Source: an uncultured Candidatus Saccharibacteria bacterium
GTDB taxonomy: Bacteria > Patescibacteriota > WWE3 > UBA101185 > UBA10185
DNA length: 64,000 bases
Direction: 5' to 3'
Assembly (NCBI GenBank): GCA_964643995.1
Contig: CAZXUJ010000003.1
Coordinates: forward strand, 65,927 to 129,926
A model generated the notes under the pieces. It worked only from the letters and a program-made list of their open reading frames with translations, did not search any database and was not told the origin of the DNA. Of this stretch, positions 1 through 14,353 are shown in pieces. A program made the translations under genes and the position numbers. Position 1 is the first letter of the stretch. Each line of letters starts with the position of its first letter.

Positions 1-3000
1 GTGGTGTTTAGTGCTACTTCATCTATGTTACCACTTGCCAGAGTTAATACTTGTCCAGATTCCGAATTCAAGACTGTAGCTCCATTAGCACCTTGTCTTA
101 AAGCATATCCTGTTAATCCTGATTGATCATAGTGTGAAAAATATGCTAAATCGCTTGCTCTCGCATCTATTCTGATACGCCCAATAATTGCAGTTTGATC
201 GGTATCTGCACCTGCATTTATAACTGTATCCCAGCCTGTGCCTATATTTAATGCTGAACTTGTTATGGAGTCACCGTTTCCAGTGGTCTCTGTTAACGCG
301 CCAATGTTTAAGGCTCGCACGTTACCTGTTATTGCACTACCACCAGTGTCAGAGACTGTTGCTGTAAAACTATCTATATCTATGATATTCCATGTCTCAG
401 AAGTGTCGTCAGCATTATTGTCTGTAAAAGTAGGCGAGATATCAACTATATTGCCTGATGCGTCATCTGCCGTGAAGGTGAGTTGTAAACTATCCACGCC
501 ATCGGTGGCTGATGTCCCAGCGTTTATTGTAAATACATCTACTGTAGGTGCTGCGGTTTTTGTAATGTTGGCTCCATCGCCTGCATCTAATGCTATGTTA
601 AAGTCTCCGCCTGAAAGATCTAAATCACCATCAGAAATTAATATATCACCTGCAGGTATAACTAATGCATCGGTGCCATCTGTTCCTCCTGTTGTTCTGA
701 CGTCTGTATCTGCATCGATTGTGAATACGTAATCTCCTGTGGAGTTAGCTCCAAATGTTATTGCTCCGGTTGTTGCTTCTCCGACGTCTATTGTTGCTGA
801 GTTTGCTCCTGCTATATCGCCCCCAGTAACTGTAAAGTCTCCAGCAATAGTTAGGTTCCCTGTATTGGTCAAAGCTAGTTGATCTGCTCCAGCTGAGTTT
901 TCGAATACAGCCAAATTAGTTGTTTGTGTACCATTTCCTTGCACCAGGAGTTGAATTTCATCGTTATCACCATCTATAGCTAGTTTGCTTGATAGTGACG
1001 CTGAACCACCTAGTATGACTTCATCTGTTGTGTTTGTTAAGTAGGCAAGTCCTGTGCCCTGTGTCCACTTGGAAGCACCTGCACCGATTGCTGCATCTAG
1101 GTCATCCAATACATCTTGCACGTTTGCAGCGTTAGAATTCGCAAATTCATCAAAAACCCCTACCAAATATGCTCCTGAATCTGTCGTTCCTGTTGTTTCT
1201 CCCAAAGATGTCGTACCTCCAAATATGATATCAGTTGCAGCAGTTATATTAAGATTATCTCCTGATGCTAGTGTCACATCCCCGCCACTCGCATCTATGC
1301 CTAGATCCCCATTTGTATCAACTGTAAAGCTTGCTTGTGTTCCATCTGCATATGATAGTCTTAACTGTTCTGTCGTTGCTAAAACCTCTAACTTTGCATC
1401 TGGTGTTGTATCCCCAAGACCAAGGTTTCCGTCTAAGTACGATTGCTCTGGCGCCGCTGAGTAGAGTGCATAGTTAGTTGCTCCATCAGTTATGTTATCT
1501 GCAATGTATATTCCAGAGTTGTTTGTTGCATTATATGCACCGGCCACATATATGGCATAGTTGTTATCAGCTAAATCTCCCGCTGTAAAAGTGCCGCCAA
1601 CATGTTGTGTTGTACCTGCAGTACCCAATGACCCTCCCGAAACCGCAGAAATTCCGAAATTGTAGTTTGTCAAATTTGCATTGCTGCTGTTAGTAGAAAG
1701 ATTTACAAATTGCCCTGCTATAGTTGTAAAAGTTGTAGAGCTGGCTAAATTTGTAATGGTTGGAGTATAGCTAACCAAGCCATAGACTCCTGTCTGTTCG
1801 ATAGTAATGCCTCCTGTACCTACAGTATCATTTATTGTTGGGGAACCGACTACATATGTTAATTCTCCATATGTGTTTTGTGTTAATGGTTCAGTATCGG
1901 AGTTTCCTAAATCCAAACCCGATACTTCTATAGTGTTATAGATCCCATAAGCGTTTAATCTTCCTTCACCAGAGCCAGAAGAGCTTAACATTACCGATGG
2001 ATCAAAATCCATGTCAAGATTTTGTATGGTTCTGGCAACTGCTGAGATAGTTCCAAGATTTAAGTCGTTGTCTAAGAATACGTTCGTTGAGTTTTCGTTT
2101 GCATTGTTATCCTGGTTAAATATAGCAATATAATCAGCGTCTTCTGCTGTTGAGCCGTTTACCTCGAGTTTTGTACCCGTAGTAGGAGTAGTTATTCCTA
2201 TTGCTACAGATCCGCTAGCATCAATTACAAATGGAGTTGTATCTGCTGCCACATCATTAACTACAAAACTGTTACCAGCTGTTGTGTTGGTCAAAGTTAG
2301 TAACTCGGCACTTTCGTCAAAGAATAGCGAGGAAGTGGAGTCAGTTCCGCCAACCGCTAAGTCGTCTGTTACCGATGTTAAGTATGTAACAGCGCCGCCA
2401 TCGGTCCACTTGGATCCACCTGCACCACCTGCACAGTTTCCTGACGATAAACAAACTGTACCTGTCTCGTTAGGGAATGTTATGGTTTTGTCTGAGCTTG
2501 TTGGATCGGTAAAGGCTATAAAAGTTTCTATTGAATCGTTGGTGCTACCCTCGACTTCAAAAGCGAAATCCCAGGCTTCACCAACTCTTAACGCGGTTTC
2601 AACAACAGTTCCATCTGCCGAGGTTACGTTTCCTAATTGAATACCATACATAGTATCGGCATCTCCGGTGTTAGCAGATGTAACGTCTATATTGATAGCT
2701 GAGATTGTATCAGCGTCGGTGTCGTTCACTAAGGTGAGGTTTAGATCAAATAATGTACCTGTATCTGAGGTTAGTGACCCAGTTGTACTAATGTTGGAGT
2801 CATCGTCTGTACCTAAAACTATGTCACCGGTGCCTGCTGGGGTTAGCGTAAGCGCAGTGTTTGTTCCGGTGGTTATGGTTCCTGTACCAGTAAAGTCAAG
2901 AGAGTTTACATCTAAAGCAGTACTTCCAATGAGTAGGCTGTTAGAAATTGTTAAATCACCTGAGTTACTCAAGGATAGCAGATCGGATCCAGCAGACGTC

Positions 3001-6000
3001 TCAAAAACCACTAGATTAGCCGTTTGAGTGCCGTTACCTTGTACTAGCAGCTGAATTTCATCATTATCCCCATCAACAGCTAATTTTGAAGATAGGGAAG
3101 CGCTACCTCCAATTATGACTTCGTCAGTTGTATTTGTTAGGTAAATAAGTCCTGTTCCTTGGGTGAATTTTGATGCACCAGCACCAATTGCAGCATCTAA
3201 GTCATCAAGCACATCTTGGACGTTTGCTCCGTTGGAGTTATTGAACTCATCAAAAGTACCGACTAAGTATGCACCCGAATCAGTTGCTCCTGTTGTTTCA
3301 CCAAGTGATGTTGTTCCGCCAAAAATAAGATCCGTGGCAGCTGTTAAGTTGAGATTGTCCCCTGAAGCCAAGGTCACATTTCCTCCTGTTACGTCAATTG
3401 TTAGATCACCGTTTGTATCCACGCTGAATCTGGCGTCTGCGGATCCATCTGCATAGGAAAGCCTTAGTTGTTCAGATGTGGCAAGCACTTCTAACTTGGC
3501 ATCAGGTGAGGTATCCGCTAGACCTATGGCACCACCAAAGTAGTTAACCGCTCCTGTATCTACCTGATATATACCGTAGTCATTAGTTATTGTTCCTGTC
3601 TCAGTTGAATCTGCTATGTATATTCCGTAGGCGTTTGTTATAGCGTTTGTAGCACTCAAATTTCTTATTTCGGAATATACTCCATATGCAGTTGTGATAG
3701 GGCCTGTGGACCCTTTGTCTACCAAAGCATATAAGCCATATGCTGAACTCAGTGTGCCTGTTCCTAGATGGTTAACGAAGGAGTTAAACCCTTTTGCATT
3801 GCCGGTGATATTGCTACTTACACTGGAATCTATAGTTGCATTACCGTCAACTCCTATATATGATGCAGAAGAGTCTGCCCCAGCTACTGCCCACGCTCTA
3901 GAAAATGTGCCATATAATGTACCCGATGTGTCAGAAAATTGTTCACTTATGTTAACCCCTGTTGTTGTACTAACTGAGCCCTGATCACCAAAAGCAGCAT
4001 TGGAGTTAACATCTAAGCTACCTCCCGAAATGGTAAAGGTATCTGTTGTACCAAAGGATATACTTGCGGTATCACTGTTTGTTGCTTCAAAGGTCAAGGT
4101 TGGGTTTGCTGACTGGTCCCCACCAAATAAGAATGTTCCAGCACTTTCATCAATGGAAAATATCGAGGAGGCTAGGGAAGTTCCACCTACAGCAAAGTCA
4201 TTTGTTGCTGTGGTAGGATATATGACACCGCCGCTGAGTGTCCATAAACCACCATTTGTTCCTGTTGCGGCATCGTACACGTCGTTGATAGCATCAACTA
4301 TTCCTTGTGTTAATGAGGCGTTTAAGGCATTATCCGCTAGAGCTAGAGGAAGTGAGGTACTTAATTGTGTGTCATCAAACAGTATGTCATCTGCTGAATT
4401 TAGTGTGATGTCGTTTGTTGCACCGTTTGAGGTTATACCGATTGTGGTACCTGATATAGCTATAGAATCACCGTCGTCTCCCAATGTAACAACTCCGTTT
4501 GCATCAAATGTTCCGTTAGCTGTGAGTGTACCAGTTGCTGTTGCAGTAGAATCGAAAGTGATAGCACTCGTTATGTTCCCTCCGCTAATGGCTATGTCTC
4601 CTGCTATTGTTAGGTTACCACCATTGGTTAGTGATAGTTGGTCAGTCCCAGCAGAATTTTCAAATACAACCAAATTGGTAGTCTGAGTGCCGTTACCTTG
4701 TACTAGCAATTGAATCTCATCATTATCCCCATCAACAGCTAATTTTGAAGATAGGGAAGCGCTACCCCCAATGATGACTTCGTCAGTCGTAGATGTGAGG
4801 TATATTAAACCGGTTCCTTGAGTCCACTTAGAGGCCCCAGAACCTACTGCAGCATCTAAATCGTTTAGGACAGCCTGCACATTTGTGCTGTTTGAGTTTG
4901 CAAATTCATCAAATACCCCAACTAGATATGCTCCAGAATCAGTTGCCCCTGTAGTTTCTCCTAAGGACGTAACCCCACCAAATACTAAATCAACAGCTGA
5001 GGAAAGGTTTAAGTTGTCATTTGTACCAATCGAAACTTCACCATTTCCCGCATCAATTGTTAGATTCCCACCTGCTGGGCCAGTTATGCTTGCCCCATCA
5101 TTTGCATCTACGAAAGTTAAATCTCCAGTGCTCCCAATATTTATGTAGTCAGTTTGTCCTATTCTGGCAGTGCCGTCATCGAGAAATTGTACGAATGCGG
5201 TACCTCCATCCTGAACAATAAAGTCTCCTGTCGAGTCTAAATCAAAAACTAAATTACTTGCTCCTAGATTTGTTTCAGTAGTGGCATCCAGATCTAAGGT
5301 GTCCTGAAGTTCGCCGTAGTCCAATATGTCATCGGCGATTGAAATGTTTACTTCATTCGCTGGAGAAGCACTCAAATTAAAATCGGTAGTAAAATCTAAT
5401 GTATCTACGTTGGCTCCAACAGGCGTATCATTGCTCTCTACATTGATAATTGCACTCGCCGCTCCAGAGTCGGTGGCGCATTCCCATGAGTCATTGGTTT
5501 CGTTCCATTTTAGTACCTCGCCATTAGCACACCCTTGTAACAAGCTAATCCCTCCTGAGAATACTTCAAGACCTGAGCCATTAGTTATGGTCGAGGAAAG
5601 TCCATTCGTAGCTGTTACGGTTTGTATAGTTAATGCTCCTGCAGATAGTGTCAGTCCGTTTCCGGTTATGTCATCTATAGTCTCAGAATTTAAAATTAGG
5701 CTGCTTGCAATTGTTAGGTCTCCAGTGTTGGAAAAATTGAACAAATCAGTTCCAGAAGAGTCCTCAAATGTAACTAAGTCCGCGGATTGAGTACTGTTTC
5801 CCTGTACTAAGAGTTGTATTTCATTCGAGTCGCCATCTACAGCTAGTTTACCTAGATTCGTATTTGAACCTATTGTTACGTTATCCGTTGAGGTTATAAG
5901 GTTTGCTATGTTACTGGTTGTTTGCCATGGCCCTGTGGAACCGGCACTTTGCCAAGATGCATTACCACTTGCATCTGATGTAAGAACGTAGCCATTCGCT

Positions 6001-7153
6001 GCACCAGTAGAAAGTATAAGTCCTGTGGTTGTGACTGTGCCACTGACATCTAGTGTTGAAGTGGGTGTATTAGTCCCCAATCCTAATCTATCAGTGCTGT
6101 CATTCCAGAAGAAGTTAACACTGTCTTGTGCAAAAGTGCTTCCATCCCCAAAATATACTCCGCCGCTTTCTGTTGTTAAACCCGATAAAACATTAATTTC
6201 ATCTGCTGTTGTGGTTACCTCGCTTCCAGCAATTTCGAACGTTCCGTCTAGATTGATAGTTCCTGTAATTTTCAGTGTGCCATTGTATGACAATTCTTCA
6301 GCAAGCCTCACTTCGGTCAAGCCATTATTGTTTACACTTACTACATCTCCTGCTATATCGAGTGAGTTTTCTAGGGTAGTTTCGGTTGTCTCGTCTATCT
6401 GGGCTAATCCTTCCAAACTTGCAACTCCAATTAAGTTGATACTTGGTGTTTGTACGCCTCCTGCTAGGTTAGCTTGCCCTGTAACATCAATTAATCCTGC
6501 TATAGAGACATCTTGACCAACAGTCAAATCTTGTTTTACGATTACATTTTGGAGGAACTCTGATGCTAAATGAAATACCATATCAAATTGTCCTAGTTTG
6601 ACGTTATAACCCAATACATCTGCCGATAATCCGGTTGAATCTACAATTAGGTTTGCTCTTTGAGCTTTTTGTTCGGCATAGCTCAGTACTCTATCTGGTT
6701 GGGAATTTCTCTTAAACCCAAATCCCATAATGGTTAATATGGTTAATGTTACTAACAAGAAAGCAGGTAGTTTGCTTCTTAAGTTTAATGGTTTAGAACT
6801 TGTGGCCTGTATTTTCACTTCTTCGGTAGCTGCCGGAAGTTTAACAGGCTGTTCTATGATTTTGTTTTGAAGGTTGTATTTAACTAATCGTTCTTTCTTG
6901 ATAAGTTTTTCTGTAGTTTCCTTTTGGATTTTCTCGAGACGTAATTCTTCTTTTAACTTTTGAATTTCTTCCAATCTAAAAACTCGGTAACCATTATCTT
7001 GTCTTATGGATGTGATTCGTAAATCTTTTTCATAGTTTCTTAAAGTTGAAGGTGATACTCCCAAAATTTGAGCAGCCTCGGATACATTTAGCATCTTGGA
7101 ATTATCAGCCTGATCTAAAGATTTATTATGTTGGACAGTATTCTTACTCATGA
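1..7153 (-). CDS. Giant membrane-anchored surface protein, 3' end beyond window start (at least 2384 aa). Has an N-terminal MerR-type HTH (about aa 10-55), a coiled/charged linker, one TM helix (LPAFLLVTLTILTIMGFGF) and a huge T/S/G/N/D-rich repetitive ectodomain with three near-identical ~110-aa repeats.
   Basis: Reverse-complement translation from the ATG at 7153-7151 (in-frame TAA 27 nt upstream) reads MSKNTVQHNKSLDQADNSKMLNVSEAAQILGVSPSTLRNYEKDLRITSIRQDNGYRVFRLEEIQKLKEELRL... with no stop down to position 1. The track omits edge-truncated ORFs. All plus-strand ORFs in 1-6500 are low-complexity antisense artefacts sharing repeated motifs. The repeat core DEVIIGGSASLSSKLAVDGDNDEIQLLVQGNGTQT occurs three times (DNA near-identical at ~3035-3135 and ~4695-4795, more diverged at ~960-1030). 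Confidence 0.8.
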
Positions 7154-7348
7154 GGGCAGCTACCTTACAAAAACCCTGTTATTATAGGTTTTTATAATGA
7201 TACAAAGTTTTATAATCAGTGTCAACAGTTTACTCGATCGTAAATTGGTCTTTTTACGCTTTCTCTAAAAGGTTTTGTAAGAAGCACCTCTTGTGCTATA
7301 CCTCCTATATTGTTGACGCTCATACTTATTAAAGGTAAGCTAAATATT

Positions 7349-8119
7349 ATGTATACTCTGCCCAAGAAGTATCTAGTATTTTTGATGCTTTTGACTATTT
7401 CTGCATATTTTGTACCGAGCACTTTTGCTACGACTAGTGTTTCGGTGTCTATTCCTATCGATGACCCTGACGCCACCGCTGGACATATCGTAACCTTAAG
7501 AAACGGCGTATATATTTTGAGCTTTTCAGCTCGTGAACCCGGCGTGTTCGGTGTTATTACAGACGATCCGATAATCTCAATTAATGATAGGTCCTTAACT
7601 AATTTCAAGTATGTTGTAACTTCAGGTGAGGTGAAAGTGAAAGTCTCTGGCATCAATGGGAATATCGAAGAGGGCGACTACCTCAGTGCTTCAAATTTAG
7701 CTGGAATTGGACAAAAGGCTTCTGGCAGTGGTCCAGTAATAGGTGTAGCTCTTGAAGACTATGCTCCTACAGACCCTAACGCTGTTAACGAGATTTCAGC
7801 ATTCCTAAATATTACCTCGGCCTTTGTTGGCGAGCGTCAAGAACAGGATCTCATTGGTTTGCTAAGAGGAGGTCTACAAGTTCCTTTCGTAACGCCGTTA
7901 ACCTCCTTTAGATATATTCTGGCGGCTTTGATAGCAATGGTCTCATTTTTTATTGGCTTTTCATCTTTTGGCAGGATATCTATTAATGGTATAGAAGCTC
8001 TTGGAAGAAACCCTTTGGCAAGTAGGCTTATAAAATCCGCAATAGTACTAAATTTCATATTTACGTTTGGGATTATGGCAGTAGGGTTAGCTATTTCATA
8101 TCTCATTCTGAGCATCTAA
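7349..8119 (+). CDS. Signal-peptide protein (~170-aa beta-rich ectodomain) fused to a C-terminal ATP synthase c-subunit-like helical hairpin. The conserved ion-binding carboxylate is replaced by Phe. An in-frame start further upstream at 7310 is also possible.
   Basis: First gene of the atp operon, directly upstream of atpF. The C-terminal 60 aa MVSFFIGFSSFGRISINGIEALGRNPLASRLIKSAIVLNFIFTFGIMAVGLAISYLILSI align without gaps to the Bacillus PS3/E. coli c-subunit loop and helix 2 ([39 protein letters not shown]), with RNP in place of RQP and F at the Glu/Asp position. N-terminus is MYTLPKKYLVFLMLLTISAYFVPSTFA. RBS AAAGGTAAG lies 10 nt upstream. Confidence 0.6.
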   Translation: MYTLPKKYLVFLMLLTISAYFVPSTFATTSVSVSIPIDDPDATAGHIVTLRNGVYILSFSAREPGVFGVITDDPIISINDRSLTNFKYVVTSGEVKVKVSGINGNIEEGDYLSASNLAGIGQKASGSGPVIGVALEDYAPTDPNAVNEISAFLNITSAFVGERQEQDLIGLLRGGLQVPFVTPLTSFRYILAALIAMVSFFIGFSSFGRISINGIEALGRNPLASRLIKSAIVLNFIFTFGIMAVGLAISYLILSI

Positions 8120-8123
8120 GATT

Positions 8124-8831
8124 ATGTTTACACTTGACTACACATCAATCTTCTTAATACTTCTCAATGCCTTTGTATTTGTTTTATTTATTTTTCTCAT
8201 TGTTGCCATATTTCAGAGTTACAAATCTAGTATTATCACGGAACAGGAGCTAGTGCGCCAGGACGCCTACAAAAAAGCCCTGGCTATTCTGGATAAGGCT
8301 CGTGACGAATCCTTACGTATGCTGAAGAATACTGAGTACTTAACAGATGACACTAAGCAGGTTATGAAAAAAGAATTTGATTCAATTGTTTCTAAGTTAT
8401 CCAATCAGCTTTCCACTGATTTATCCGAAACTATGAAGGAGGAGAGTATCCAAGGTGTTGCGTCTATTAGAAAAGTTTCGAAAGTAATTGAAGATAGTGC
8501 CTTTGACGAACTTAAAAAGTTTGAAGGTGTTTCTGAGTCTATGGAGAAGGAGGCATTGCGTGAGTTAGAAAACTTTCGTCAGGAGTTACATGCGGGAACC
8601 ATTCATAATGAAGAGGCAATGCAAGAACGTCTAAGCAAGGAGTATGAGAATGTACGCCAACGTCTCATTGACTACGAAAACGCTAAGATGTCACAGATAG
8701 ACATAAAGATTAAAACCATTTTTTCTCAAATGACCCGCGAGCTTTTTGATAAGTCTATTGATATTGCCACAAGTGAACAAATGGTTATGGAGGCCCTTTC
8801 TAAAGCAAAAAGAGAGAACATGTTCGTATGA
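8124..8831 (+). CDS. atpF: F0F1 ATP synthase subunit b (long, 235 aa)
   Basis: N-terminal TM helix followed by a long charged coiled-coil. Position in the operon is before delta. Confidence 0.8.
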   Translation: MFTLDYTSIFLILLNAFVFVLFIFLIVAIFQSYKSSIITEQELVRQDAYKKALAILDKARDESLRMLKNTEYLTDDTKQVMKKEFDSIVSKLSNQLSTDLSETMKEESIQGVASIRKVSKVIEDSAFDELKKFEGVSESMEKEALRELENFRQELHAGTIHNEEAMQERLSKEYENVRQRLIDYENAKMSQIDIKIKTIFSQMTRELFDKSIDIATSEQMVMEALSKAKRENMFV

Positions 8832-9286
8832 TAAAAAATGATTTTGCTACCAAAGCTGATCTGGACAGAATTCTTTACTCAATTGATAAATTTAAATTGG
8901 ATTTGTACACCTATAGCTCCAAAGAGTTGGAGCGTTGCTTACACTATCAATATGACATTAAGTTCAATGCTATTGTTCAAGGTGTTCTTGCAAAAAATGA
9001 AATTGATCTTGGTGATGAAAACAAAGTTACAGTAGAAAAGCTATTAAATGCTTTGTCAGTAGATCTCGCTGCAATTGAGATACTAGATATTACTATGTCA
9101 TTTTCTCCCTCAGCAAGATTTCTAAACATTTTACGCAATTGGGCATATGAAAATGTTACTGAGAATATTGTTCTTGATATTCATGTAGATCCTTCGGTTC
9201 TTGGGGGTGCTTCTTTGATTTATCGTGGGCGGTATCTTGACTTGACCATAAGTAATAAATTGAAAAGTTTTAACTTTAGTCTGTAA
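8828..9286 (+). CDS. atpH: F0F1 ATP synthase subunit delta (OSCP)
   Basis: 152 aa. Overlaps atpF and atpA by 4 and 1 nt. Typical position and OSCP-like C-terminus. Confidence 0.75.
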   Translation: MIKNDFATKADLDRILYSIDKFKLDLYTYSSKELERCLHYQYDIKFNAIVQGVLAKNEIDLGDENKVTVEKLLNALSVDLAAIEILDITMSFSPSARFLNILRNWAYENVTENIVLDIHVDPSVLGGASLIYRGRYLDLTISNKLKSFNFSL

Positions 9287-10739
9287 TGAAGGATATATTT
9301 AACGAGATATTACATGCTACTAATGAGATTGGTTATGTAGAGTCGAGCAAGTTCCCTCTGGTGTATGTAAAAGGTTTACCAAATGTACGTCCAACAGAGG
9401 TGGTCTTGTTTGAAACAGGGCAGTTTGGCCAAGTGAAATCACTGGATGTAGACCTCGTAGAGGTTTTAGTTTACTCAAAACAGTCAGTTATAATGGGACT
9501 ACGTGCAGTTCGTACCGGGCATTACTTAGATGTGATGGTTGGTCCTGGTTTGTTAGGTGCTTCTGTTGATGCGTTGGGCGCTCCATTGTATAAAGATGCT
9601 GCTAAAAGTAATATAAACGAGAGCTACAAAATAGAATTGTCGGCTCGTGGCATAGCCGAACGTAAGGAAATTCATGAGCCAATGTTTACTGGAGTGAGCA
9701 TAGTTGACATGATGGTACCTTTGGGTAGAGGCCAAAGAGAGTTGATAATAGGGGACAAGCAAACTGGTAAAACTGCTTTTGCTTTGCAGGTGATGCTTAA
9801 CCAAGCGCGCTTGGGGACAGTGTGTGTATACGGGTGTATAGGAAAGACAAAAGCTGACATTGAGAGTGTTCAGAGATTCATAAACAAAAATAAGATACGT
9901 GACAAATGTGTTGTCGTTGCCTCTGGGGCTGATGACCCCTTGGGTAATATTTACTTAACTCCTTATACTGCTATGAGCGTGGCAGAGTATTTTAGGAATA
10001 GTGGACAGCATGTGCTACTTATTTTGGATGATTTAACAACGCATGCAAAATACTATCGAGAAATTTCACTACTAGGAAATAAATTTCCTGGTAGAGAATC
10101 CTACCCAGGCGATATCTTTTATACCCACTCACGTTTGTTAGAAAGGGCAGGTAACTTTTCTGAAGGATCTATAACTTGTTTACCCCTCGTAACAACAGTG
10201 CAAGGTGATATCTCTGGTTACATTCAAACAAATCTTATGTCAATGACTGACGGACATATATTTTTTGACAAAGATCTCTTTTATAGTGGCCAAAGGCCTG
10301 CTGTAAATTACTACATATCCGTAACAAGAGTTGGGAGACAAACTCAGTCAAAATTACGCTGGTCAATAAACAGAGAGCTAAGTACATTTTTGACCCTATA
10401 TAAACGTACTGAAAATTTTGTACATTTTGGTGCGGAACTTAGCGAAGGAATAAAATCTACCCTATCAATGGGCTCAAAGATCTTTCAGTTTTTTACTCAA
10501 CTTACTAATACAACTCTAGATATTGATTTGCAAATACTGTTTTTTATTATCTTATGGAGTGGCCACTGGAATTCCAAGAATGAAGAAGAATTAGGCAAGG
10601 CTATTCATACGATTTTACAGAAATATTCAGAGGACTCTAAATTTAGATCTCAGATAAGTGAATTAATAAATCAAGACGAAGACGTAAATGCATTGCTTAG
10701 CAAATTTATGAAGGCTTTGCCAACCTTTAGTGCTTACTT

Positions 10740-10743
<4 letters not shown>
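9286..10743 (+). CDS. atpA: F0F1 ATP synthase subunit alpha
   Basis: Walker A GDKQTGKTAFAL. Alpha-subunit-wide similarity by eye. Confidence 0.95.
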
Positions 10744-12963
<2,220 letters not shown>

Positions 12964-12971
12964 GATAATTT

Positions 12972-13214
12972 ATGTCATTCAACCTAACAATTCTAAGCCG
13001 AGATGGCCAAATCTTTAAAGGTGTTTGTTCCACGGTTACATCTTTCAACTCTGTTGGTGAGTTCGATGTATTGGAACATCATGCCAATTTCATTACCATG
13101 ATCAATAAATATGTAGTAGTGGATAAGAGTACTGCCAGTGAAAAGAAATTTTCACTAGAAAGGGGAGTGCTCTCCTCTAAAGGAGATACTGTTGAGGTTT
13201 TTATTCAGGATTAG
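12972..13214 (+). CDS. atpC: F0F1 ATP synthase subunit epsilon (short form, beta-sandwich only)
   Basis: 80 aa immediately after atpD. Lacks the C-terminal helical hairpin. Confidence 0.7.
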   Translation: MSFNLTILSRDGQIFKGVCSTVTSFNSVGEFDVLEHHANFITMINKYVVVDKSTASEKKFSLERGVLSSKGDTVEVFIQD

Positions 13215-13864
13215 TTACTAATAGAGACTCTAACTGAGGCACCCATTGTGGTAGATATGAAGCAGGATTTTATGTATGTTTCAGGTCTTACTTTTTGAGG
13301 TCTATTACTTTTTATCGTATTTAAAATTTCATTGAAATTTTCTACTAGTTTACTATCTTCAAAGCTTTTTTTACCGAATATCACGTGTACTATTGGTGCA
13401 TTAGCTTCATTTCTGATTTCGATTTTTCCTTGTTTCAATGAGTGAACTGCTTTTTCTATGTCGTCGGTGACTGTGCCGGACTTTGGACTTGGCATTACTC
13501 CTGCTGGTCCCAAAATTTTAGCTACCTTAGCTAGTTTAGGCATATATTTAGGTTCAGCAACCAAAACGTCGAAATCAACTTTTGGTCTAATTTCACTCTT
13601 TTCAAGCCTTACTAAGTCATCCTCAGTTAACTCTAAGTCGGCATCCTTGATTTTCTTTGATGCAAAAACCGCGACTCTGACTTGTTTACCAGTTCCATTA
13701 GGTAATGTAGTGCTTACTCTGATACTTTGCTCTGGTTTCTTGTTATCTATTCCAAGATTGAAATGTGCCTCTAGTGTTGCATCAAACTTCGTCTTGCAAT
13801 TCTCTTTAGCAAGTTTTATTGCTTCTTCGATACTATATTGCTTATCTTTTTCTAGTGTATTCAT
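13211..13864 (-). CDS. rplA: 50S ribosomal protein L1
   Basis: 217 aa, L1 family similarity. Follows rplK. Confidence 0.9.
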   Translation of the reverse strand: MNTLEKDKQYSIEEAIKLAKENCKTKFDATLEAHFNLGIDNKKPEQSIRVSTTLPNGTGKQVRVAVFASKKIKDADLELTEDDLVRLEKSEIRPKVDFDVLVAEPKYMPKLAKVAKILGPAGVMPSPKSGTVTDDIEKAVHSLKQGKIEIRNEANAPIVHVIFGKKSFEDSKLVENFNEILNTIKSNRPQKVRPETYIKSCFISTTMGASVRVSISN

Positions 13865-14301
13865 AGTTCTACCTCTACTCCCATAGATCTTGCAGTTCCT
13901 GCAATAACTTTAACGGCTTCGTTTATATCATTTGTGTTCAAATCGGGCATTTTAGCTTTAGCTATGTTTTCTAGTTGGTCTCTTGTTAGTTTACCGACTT
14001 TTTTCTTATTTGGTTCTCCTGAACCACTGGAAATTTTTAGAGCTTTTTTGATTAACCCAGCTGCCAAAGGAGTTTTGGTTATAAATTTGAAAGTTCTATC
14101 CTGATATACGGTAATAACCACTGGTATCACATCGCCGACCATACTTTGGGTTCTTGCATTGAATTCTTTGCAGAAGTCCATCAAAGGCACACCGTGTTGT
14201 CCTAATGCGGGGCCCACTGGAGGTGCGGGAGTAGCCTGCCCGGCAGGTACATTTAATTTTATATATGCTTTAACTTTTTTTTGTTTTTTCTTTTCTGCCA
14301 T
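13861..14301 (-). CDS. rplK: 50S ribosomal protein L11
   Basis: [20 protein letters not shown] motif. Confidence 0.95.
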   Translation of the reverse strand: MAEKKKQKKVKAYIKLNVPAGQATPAPPVGPALGQHGVPLMDFCKEFNARTQSMVGDVIPVVITVYQDRTFKFITKTPLAAGLIKKALKISSGSGEPNKKKVGKLTRDQLENIAKAKMPDLNTNDINEAVKVIAGTARSMGVEVEL

Positions 14302-14353
14302 AAAACCTTGTAAAATGCTTTACCTACGGGACATTATAGGTTTGGAAATTCTA

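Noticed and set aside
238-6516. Ten plus-strand ORFs (87-228 aa) across 238-6516 with Ser/Val/Pro/Ala-rich low-complexity translations
   Set aside because: They are antisense to the giant minus-strand gene. Their mutual similarity only mirrors the internal repeats of that gene, and none has an RBS or recognisable domain.
7222-7656. 144-aa minus-strand ORF overlapping the start of the atp-operon lead gene
   Set aside because: It overlaps the divergent promoter region and the 5' end of a gene with a clear signal peptide and operon context. No RBS, and a hydrophobic nonsense-like composition.
8838-9035. 65-aa plus-strand ORF inside atpH in another frame
   Set aside because: Fully embedded in the atpH coding frame, so a chance alternative-frame ORF.
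9553-9860. Two short minus-strand ORFs (9553..9804 and 9672..9860) inside atpA
   Set aside because: Antisense to a highly conserved gene with Walker motifs.
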